Below are positions 54,883-64,000 of a stretch of 64,000 nucleotides of DNA, piece after piece. The notes under the pieces were generated by a model. The model was not told the DNA's origin and did no database searches. It worked only from the letters and a program-made list of their open reading frames with translations. The position numbers and the translations under genes are program-made. Position 1 is the first letter of the stretch; every line of letters begins with the position of its first letter. Source of the DNA: Eledone cirrhosa (Eukaryota); the NCBI GenBank assembly GCA_964016885.1, contig OZ024741.1, positions 289,354,001-289,418,000 of the forward strand, written 5' to 3'.

Positions 54883-55898
54883 CTTTTAGACACGGTATAC
54901 TATGATCTGAAGTCATTACCACCAATGATAGCATATTGAGGTTGATATAATATGAGCCAGTCAAGAACTGGAATAAAATTTATCGATTACACTTATCCAC
55001 AAAAGTTAAGAAATTATCTTAATTAATACGGAAATCAGTGTATTGTGTAATCGGTAGATTGCTGGATGAAACGTGCTGTGCTGTTTTAGTCATATCCCTA
55101 CCGCCCTTCGCTCTATTCGTTAAAATTAAAAACAGAAGTCTTTCAATTAAAAACTGAAAAGTACACCGAGAGTAGATCGAATGTATGACTTCGTGTCTTG
55201 GAGAGGGATGGGCACCGCCAAGTTTAAAAATACCTTAGAAATGCCATATGTCAATACGGCTTCCCTACGGCTCCCTCGAGTGTTACGGGACTATAAATGC
55301 ATACATGACTGTGTATGAATAAAAGGTGGGTGGAAGTAAATTGAAATATTCGGAAGAATATTTAATAGAAGTGACAACTAATTCTGAAGCCATTTTGTTT
55401 TAAGTTACATTTCGATGTCACCAGGGCAAGTTATATGTGAATTCGTACAAAACCCACCGAGGCAACCTTTGTAAACAATCTTGGAATAGATAATTGTTGT
55501 TGATGTGGTTGTTTTGGCTTAAGTTAAATATGTATATTTATAATTGTTTCTACTTTAGGCACAGAAATAATGTGACATTTTTTCTGTCATTAAATTTAAT
55601 CCAGCAAAGTACATCTATAAAAACACAATTAACATGACTTAAATTGATGTGTTGACTGAAATATTAAACGACTCAGTAATGTATATTTCTTCGGAGAGAA
55701 AACACAGAATATGTGCTAGTTATTTTTAGCATGAACACAATGTCCTTCCCTTTTTTCTCCCTGAAAAACGACGAGAATTCGAAACGTTGGTCTTTATCAC
55801 TAACGAAAAAATTAACACATTTATTTTATCTAAGCACTTTTAGGAATATGAGAATAGACGCAAGTTTTAACGAGCTATCAAGGCTGATACAAGCCTTT

Positions 55899-56031
<133 letters not shown>

Positions 56032-56089
56032 AGATAAGGAAGTTTCCCTTTATGTTGGTTTAGTACTCTATTTAAACTATGTATGAATG

Positions 56090-56128
<39 letters not shown>

Positions 56129-56380
56129 ATATATAGGAAAGTATGTGTACGTGTACACAAGGATGCATACATACACATATATACAAATACACACATTGTT
56201 ATTAGATGTGAGTTTTAAGCGGAATCTGATATCAAATCGTCATAAAACTGTTTCTTTTGTTAAGAAACAAAAACATAAATCATAAGAATAAGTTTCACTT
56301 GTTCTCTGTTATTGTTCCGTAAGGCATGTATTTATTACACACACATATATATGTATGTATGAATATATACATGTACATGC

Positions 56381-56456
<76 letters not shown>

Positions 56457-56686
56457 GCTGTATTAATGGTCTTCTCTCTCAACGCGTCTGTCAGTTGTTA
56501 TCTATCCCATTTTGCCCACCCACTCTTAATAAGACTAGAAAGAACTAATTATATGCGCTGGCAATTAAATAAAACACTTGGTTCAGATAAGAAGTTTGGT
56601 AAATTTATATAGGGTTGCACTGGATGACACTTAGATGGCCATTTAAGGCACATAATAAATACGCTCCGTCTCTTTATATACAAAGC

Positions 56687-56733
<47 letters not shown>

Positions 56734-57024
56734 TTATGTATGCACATATATGTATATGTGTATGTATGTATAAATATATATGTATATTTACATCTTATAT
56801 ATATATATATATATAAGATGTAAATATACATATATATTTATACATACATATATATATACATATATGTGGATACATAAACACGCACACACATATATATATA
56901 TATATATATACACATGTATATACATATATAGGTGTGCGTTTGCGAAAAGTGAACGGAATCGACTAAGCAAACAACACTGTATAATGAAGAAATATATTAG
57001 TTTAACACAAGATATAGTAGGGGA

Positions 57025-57066
57025 ATAAACTTAACGTTTCGGACACTACTCCTTCATCTGAATGAG
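57025..57066 (-). ncRNA. Degenerate or variant minimal hammerhead downstream of the Penelope-like relic
   Basis: catt-CAGATGA-a-gga(gtagtg)tcc-GAAACGTTA; palindromic loop 3; weak stem I. Confidence 0.5.
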
Positions 57067-57241
57067 AAATAAAAGACGAAATAGAAAGTCACAGAGTGAA
57101 AAAAGTAAAGAAGAGAACACATATGTTGAAGAAAAAGCACGTGTGTATTCCACCAGTCATTTTAGAGAGTTACTAGTCAGTGGGTATCATAGATCTCAGC
57201 GAGCTTTTGAAAGGGAGTAAATACTTGTATATTTTGAGTGG

Positions 57242-57316
<75 letters not shown>

Positions 57317-57904
57317 TGTGTGTGTCTGTGTGTGTGCGTGCGTGAGTCCGCGTGTGTGTGTGAGTGTTTGCGTTGGTTTGTTCGTTTGTCTGTGCAAGGT
57401 TGTGAATGGAGGTACATTTGACCGTAACCGAGATGGCAGCTGTGAGAGTATAGACGTGTGAGTGTGCGCACACGAGGGAGATACAAGCCCTTAATTACCC
57501 CCTGGCGAGAGGAATGGAGTGTTGTATATCGGTGGATTTTGGGTATACGTGAGCATATACGCACGTATGCATCTAAATGTGTGGGGCAATGGAGAGACTG
57601 TTGTATGTGGAGTTATAACGACCGTGGCTGCAAATGTATATGATGCAACTGTAGGTGGGTAGGTGTGTGTTTGCATGTGATGTACACAAAAAAACCACAT
57701 CTTGTCTGTGATGGATCAGATAGGGTTGATATGCATGTGTATGAGTTGGAGTTTGAAAGCTATATGTGTGCAGAGGCCATATATCTGTTGGATGGTATAT
57801 ACGGTGTTGTGTATGTAAGTGTGTTGTATTGGTGTGGTATCTGGAGTCGTATGTTAGTGTTCACGCGTGTGCACAGAGAACAAGGATATAGATATGTTTT
57901 AGAA

Positions 57905-58646
57905 ACTGTATGGGAAGTTCCCAAAAATTAAGTTCTGCTCGGTCCTGGTGTGAGTGGCCTGGGACCGATAGTGTAAAATGAGTCAAAGAGGTGGTGAATA
58001 TGGTGGTTATGGGAAAGGAAGTGACGGGCAAAAGGGGTGCTTTTTCCAAGTAGGATGCCCTTTAGGTGTTCAGAAAATCGGTCCGCTAGACGGCGGTCTC
58101 TTTATTTGATGTATATGGACCTGCAAATGAACTAGGAGGCCCTAGACGACTTTGGTTGGTAGAGGTACAGATTGAGGAGCAGTGAATGCGAAATAAATAT
58201 TTCGTACCTGTGAGGCTGTTGAAGTTAGTTATGAAGAGACATGTAATAGAGCGGAGGCGTGAGGAAGAACGGGAGTTAGATGACATTTTAAGGGAAAAAG
58301 TCAATGAACTGTGTACAAATAGGTCGCAGATTTTACGGAGGCGTTTAATTTCGGTGATGGGTGGGTTAGGGAAGAAACGTGGATACGGGAGCAAAAAAAA
58401 AGCGGCGATGCAGGGGGGAGGGGTTAGAAGTGTGGTAGTTGAGGAGGAAAGAAAGGTGCGTCTTGAGGCTCAGTCCCGGGATGATAGGGCTGTAGTGGGG
58501 TCAGTTTCCTGGGCACAGGTAAGGGCGGCTTGGTTCAGGTTGTGGGGATATCTACGCTGGATAATGTGCAAAGCCATGTGTTGGTACTGGGTCTCGAAGT
58601 CACGGCACTTGATGCGGAGCCGACGAAGTCGGAAGACATCGAGTAG
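57905..58646 (-). pseudogene. Decayed Penelope-like (Neptune-type) ORF: RT thumb, Cys-rich linker and GIY-YIG endonuclease
   Basis: Manual translation across frameshifts: FRLRRL..DFETQ..M..IQRRYP; RKICDLFVHSSL; ITCLFITN..LTG..FRI..ICTSTN; YI..RRLADRFSEHL..PFARHF; EQNLIF. Confidence 0.8.
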
Positions 58647-59444
58647 ATAATCTCGCTTCCTCTATCCCTCCCTTCTCTCCATGTATGCTTGTCTTTATAT
58701 TCATATGTATGCATGTATTTACACACACACGCATTTATACACAGACATACATATATACAGTACCAACAGAAAATGCATATAATTACATGAGACGAAATGC
58801 GTACATATATGCATGAATGTGTGTATGTTTGTGTGTATGTCTGTAAATCTGTGTGCGTGTGCTTTGCATGAATGGGGAACAGCTTTTCATTCCTACATAA
58901 TATATTAAAGGCACAATTGTTTTCCAGTTTTATCTTTTTATTTTATTTCGTATACTCTCTATTTCCTTTTTAGCGTACAATGTTTAAATTGAAACAATAG
59001 CGTTTCTATATATCACGTGTGCAGAATAGCTGTGTTGATTTTTGTATTATATTTTGCTTTCCACGTATAATTTGCTTCCAACATATTTTAAGAAGGTATT
59101 ACTTTCAACGTCTTATCATCTCGGTGTAAGTAAGCGAGAATTGATGATATATAAAGGCAATGAAATGCACCCAGCGCTCTTAATCTGGTTGCTGAACTTG
59201 CCGTGACTTGATCTCAGCCTAATTCCCATCAACATGTCTGTTTATTATCATTTCGTACTTGTGATATCCCTGATTATAACCACAAAATCAAGCCTACAAT
59301 AAATATGAATAACAGTTCACTGTAAATAGTCTGCTTACAAAATCAATTAAGAAGCTATTGTATTCCATATCTCGACACACCGGCATATCTAAGCGAACGT
59401 TGAAGGATTGTAAATACAGTGAAATGCATACGTCGACACACACA

Positions 59445-59522
<78 letters not shown>

Positions 59523-60212
59523 ATGTGTGTGTATGTATATATATGTATATATAAATATATAAATATACATATATAAATATATAAATATACATATATCCTA
59601 AACGGACGGTAGTCCGTTTAGTAATATTGTTGTGGTCGTGTTTTCGTTGGCAATTGTCTGTTTACGACAGTACAGCGCGGCTCTACTTTATTTAACTGAG
59701 ATAAAACTTATATGAGCATGAACAGTAGATCATTACTCATCTTTTGGCTTAAAAATCTAGAAATTTGGTCCAGCGGGAAAAAGTTTATAATCAAAGTTTG
59801 CTGATAAATCTTGTGTTCAAGTGAGTGAGTAGTAAGCGTGACGCTAGGGGAGGTAATCCAGAAATGACGTTTGCTTTGTAAGTAAATTGGAGAGAATCAC
59901 TGCAGTCAAAGTCATTTCTTTGCATGGGTTTTTGTCCATTCTAAAAAGTTAAAATGATAAAGTATTACTACTATATAACTTACATCTATTGTTGTAACAC
60001 CATTGAAATGCACAAGTTTCACCAATTCACTATCATGCACTAATCATCTCAAATGCATTCATGATTTACTAGCTTTGTCATTAAGCCAGTTGCCTCAACT
60101 AGATTGCAATTATACTCAAAAGAACTTTAAAATGTCAATCACTTGTCAGTAATTCACTATGATCATTTAATTATTAGATAGTTGTTGCTTGCATTGCTTT
60201 AAAAAATAGTAG

Positions 60213-61274
60213 ACCAGATAGAAAAATGCGTACAGCAAAAAAAAGTAATATTGTTGGAATATAAACCTTTAAAAATACAGGACAAGAAACTAAAATAAAA
60301 CTTTAAAAGAATAGGACAAGAAACTAAGATAAAACTTTAAAGAATTGGACAAGAAATAAAAAAATTTACAATAATATTAGTGGCAACATTTTTTTATTCG
60401 TTTCCTGTGCTATGCCCCAGTATCTTCTTGATTAGTGCATAATAATTGTCATGCTCTCATTGTGCGTTGCCCCTGAGCGGTTGGTTCTGGTTGGGGTTGG
60501 TTGGCTGAGCAGTTCTGCTCCGTCAGAATGACCATTGCAAGAAGAATTGGCTGATGCAGCTGCAGGTCTCCTCCAAGAATGCACTTCTGGTCCCGCAACA
60601 CCAGACGAAGATGGAGAAAACGACCGGGACAAGATGTCGACTCTGACCACCGACTACGGTACCTCCCTCAACCACCGGTCCTCCTTCCCTCTGTCCTGTC
60701 ATCCCTCCAGTCCTCCTGCTCCCCCTTCCTGTACCAGAAAGCTGTGGAACGCATTCATCTGGACTGTCGGACTTGAATTCAAGGACAAGATGCAAGGAGA
60801 AGATGGACGGGTTGGTCAAGATCAAGGATGAGCGGGACGACAAGACCGTCCGCTGCTACTCAAGATCTGTGCTCATGGGCCCATGGGTCCATTCACATTA
60901 TGCATGACACATAAGGCGTGTCGCCGAATGATGAAATAGGGGTATGGTTATGGCCCAATTGGTGTTCAAACCTGGATCAAATGATCCCCCCCGGTCTGAC
61001 GACGACCTCTGAATGTGGAACCCAGAGCCTATGAATGTGGAACTCAATTTTTTACCAATACAAATTTTGCCACTAATATTATTGTAAAATTTTTTATTTC
61101 TTGTCCAATTCTTTAAAGTTTTATCTTAGTTTCTTGTCCTATTCTTTTAAAGTTTTATCTTAGTTTCTTGTCCTATTCTTTTAAAGTTTTATTTTAGTTT
61201 CTTGTCCTGTATTTTTAAAGGTTTATATTCAAACAATATTACTTTTTTTTGCTGTACGCATTTTTCTATCTGGT
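60213..61274. mobile_element. 1.06-kb element with long terminal inverted repeats containing 34-bp subrepeats (foldback/MITE-like)
   Basis: ACCAGATAGAAAAATGCG...CGCATTTTTCTATCTGGT; arms 60213-60390 and 61063-61274; three versus four copies of aggacaagaaactaa(a/g)ataaaactttaaaagaat. Confidence 0.8.
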
Positions 61275-61295
61275 ATATATATATATATATATATA

Positions 61296-61565
61296 TGTAG
61301 AAGTTCTATTTAAATTGTTGGGATACAACAAGCAAATATTATTATAACTGATATAAAGCACTCAACAAATTATTGGAGTAAAAATACGATATATTAACAA
61401 ATGGAAACTATATTTATAAAACCATATTTATTTCATTATACATATTTCAAGGACACCAAGTTAAATTATGGTGAAAGCACACCATAATTTAACTTGGTGT
61501 CCTTGAAATATGTATAATGAAATAAATATGGTTTTATAAATATAGTTTCCATTTGTTAATATATC

Positions 61566-61569
<4 letters not shown>
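61296..61569 (-). mobile_element. Family F fold-back copy lacking the CTGATGA half
   Basis: Inverted arms 61384-61473 and 61480-61569 match 48215-48303; tail matches the reverse complement of 48304-48391. Confidence 0.85.
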
Positions 61570-61653
<84 letters not shown>

Positions 61654-62056
61654 TATGTTCCTACACGTATATGTTCCATTTTTTAAATTTATTTTGAAAC
61701 TTTTTCTTATTTGCTAAACCTTGATTATATATGTTCTGGCTCGTTAATTTATTAACCTGCCATTGAACCACATTGGCATATGGTTGGACAATACATGTGT
61801 CCCTTAGCGCCTTGTGCGTGTAGGAACATATACTCTATTATTACTAACCTCCTCTTGGTTGAGAAAAAAATTTGGTCGTTCTGACTGCTGCTAGTTATAG
61901 CGGGAGCCGACTGACCTCCCTGCCTCTGCCTCTATCTTTACAAACGGCACTTGAAAGATTGATTCCACTTCATTTACTCTCATCTCGGGAACAATTTAGA
62001 ATAGCGCCAGTTCGTAATTTGAACTCGGGAATTTTATATTCTCCGAGTGAAAAGAT

Positions 62057-62138
62057 CCTTCTGACGAGAGTTTTTCTTTGCAACGGGTGCCGTATGGACT
62101 CCATTTATTTTTGAGACTCGAAACCGATTCGGTAAAGG
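62057..62138 (+). ncRNA. Canonical type I hammerhead ribozyme
   Basis: cctt-CTGACGA-gagtttt...gagactc-GAAA-ccg(att)cgg-TA-aagg: all three stems, predicted GUA cleavage after 62134; downstream 62160-62210 is directly repeated at 61678-61730. Confidence 0.88.
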
Positions 62139-62208
62139 TAACCATAGTAAGTAAAGTTAATTTTTAAAAATTTATTTTGAAACTTTTTCTTATTTGCTAA
62201 ACCTTGTG

Positions 62209-62260
<52 letters not shown>

Positions 62261-62587
62261 GGGAAGAAAGAGGAAAACTGCGTGGTTGCACATGGGTTAC
62301 ATATTATAAAATTAGTCCCTCATAAGTGATTTGCCAACCATCATTGGTATTTCATCGCATTAAAAATCATATACCTCAGGTTGGTGCGAGCAATAACTAA
62401 AATAAGCTATTGGGACAAGTGAATCGCGTAAACACCATAGAAGGAAAAGCAAACCGAAGGTAGGAAAAAAGAAAGCAACATGATAGTTATCCGATCAGCA
62501 TAAGCTGGGTGAATTTCATGAGTGATCAGAAAACAGACCGTCCGACGTGAATGAGATGTGAGAAAGAAAGAATCCCACTACTATATC

Positions 62588-62623
<36 letters not shown>

Positions 62624-63388
62624 AAAAGAGAGAGAGAGAAGTGCCCTAGCAGCCGAAGTGTATGATAAAGTTATATCGGTATAAATACAGAGTGTGTAAC
62701 CGAGTATACACCAACATGTATAAATATATACATATATTTGAACTGTAGGTATGTAAACATGATGGATATATACACACATTCATTCTATGAATCTGAATAT
62801 AATTTGCGAAATATTTCATAGTTCCTTGTATTTCAGATCAGAAAAAGTCCTTTATCGGAACCACTAAAAATAAAACAAAACAAAACATAGGAGGTCTTGG
62901 GTTCCATACCACTGCGTGACATCTCGGGTAAATGTATATTACCTTAGCCTGAGGGTGACGGAAGCATTGCGAGTAAAATTGGCTAAGCTATGTGAATGTC
63001 GTCGGATAGATTTTCCTGTAGTTCAAACGTAGTCGGGGATTCGGTTGCGAACTCTGCTAATTATATATGTGCCTGTTAATTTACATGTTAATTTAAGGAG
63101 TCAAACTTTCGCTTTATGGATCAACTGAATATGCCTCATCGGAACCGATATAAGACTTATCTTATGTTTCAATGTGAAGTTTACTTTGTTCAGAATATTA
63201 AGCAGAATGCATTGAATTATTTATCAAACTATTATGTTAAACATAATATATTTGAAAGGTATTTCCTTCAAGCACTTATAAATCCTGTCCAGTTACACAC
63301 ACCCGCGCGCACACAGAATCATGCACACATGACTATACATATAAATATGCACACGTTCACACTCACAGACATTCACTGTGTGTGTGAG

Positions 63389-63419
<31 letters not shown>

Positions 63420-63473
63420 CTGCTAGCATAGGTATGCATCTGTATACATATGTCGGTAGATATATTAATTCTT

Positions 63474-63541
<68 letters not shown>

Positions 63542-64000
63542 TGAATTGGAATAGGTAAATATTTAAATTATATTTTTTAATTTCCTTTAAAAAATTGTTT
63601 GAATCTTGCTTGCTCCGCTTATCTCAATTTTATAGTTCTGGTATGTCAAATTAATACCATAGAACAACCCTTGTATCATAGACACCCTATATATTCCCAG
63701 GGGTACTTAGTACTTGTGGAGATATTAACTTCTTTTAATATTCCCCGTTATGTAGAGAACAAATCTGTTGTTCTATTTAGCTGGTATGTTTAGTGGCGAG
63801 GTAGACAATACGTCTATGTTTACATCCGCTTCTACTATGGGCTGGTTCATGTATAGGTCAAATTTTCGGCCCCATTCGATCCTGTGCTAGCTGGCAGATG
63901 GCAATATATTCTGCCGTTCCTGGGACTTTTAGTCCTAGGAAAGGAAAATGCTTTCTGATGATCCAAACTTTTCCATTGGAAGTCCCTAGGGATCTCCAAT

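Overview
Eukaryotic, AT-rich, extremely microsatellite-dense window with no recognisable host exon. The SINE families and repeat texture suggest an octopus/coleoid cephalopod genome (inference). Nearly all ORFs in the supplied track are microsatellite artefacts. Real content: (1) an apparently intact, full-length L1/Tx1-type LINE (about 25531-31358) with a CCHC-knuckle ORF1 and an APE-RT-Zn ORF2, sitting in an (ATT)n tract, plus a decayed 3' fragment at about 49.4-49.9 kb; (2) a dense set of short, non-coding, (TA)n-anchored fold-back elements from several families, carrying about 18 hammerhead-ribozyme motifs that I folded by eye (some degenerate). They have the inverted-pLTR plus tail layout of Penelope-like elements, and two decayed GIY-YIG coding relics lie upstream of such hammerheads; (3) a (TACA)n array holding an RLE-type LINE 3' end and RTE-like short elements with a twister-like 5' motif; (4) many tRNA-derived SINEs, a 1.06 kb element with long modular inverted ends, three minisatellites and a 200-N assembly gap. 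All RNA folds and alignments were done manually and need computational and biochemical confirmation.
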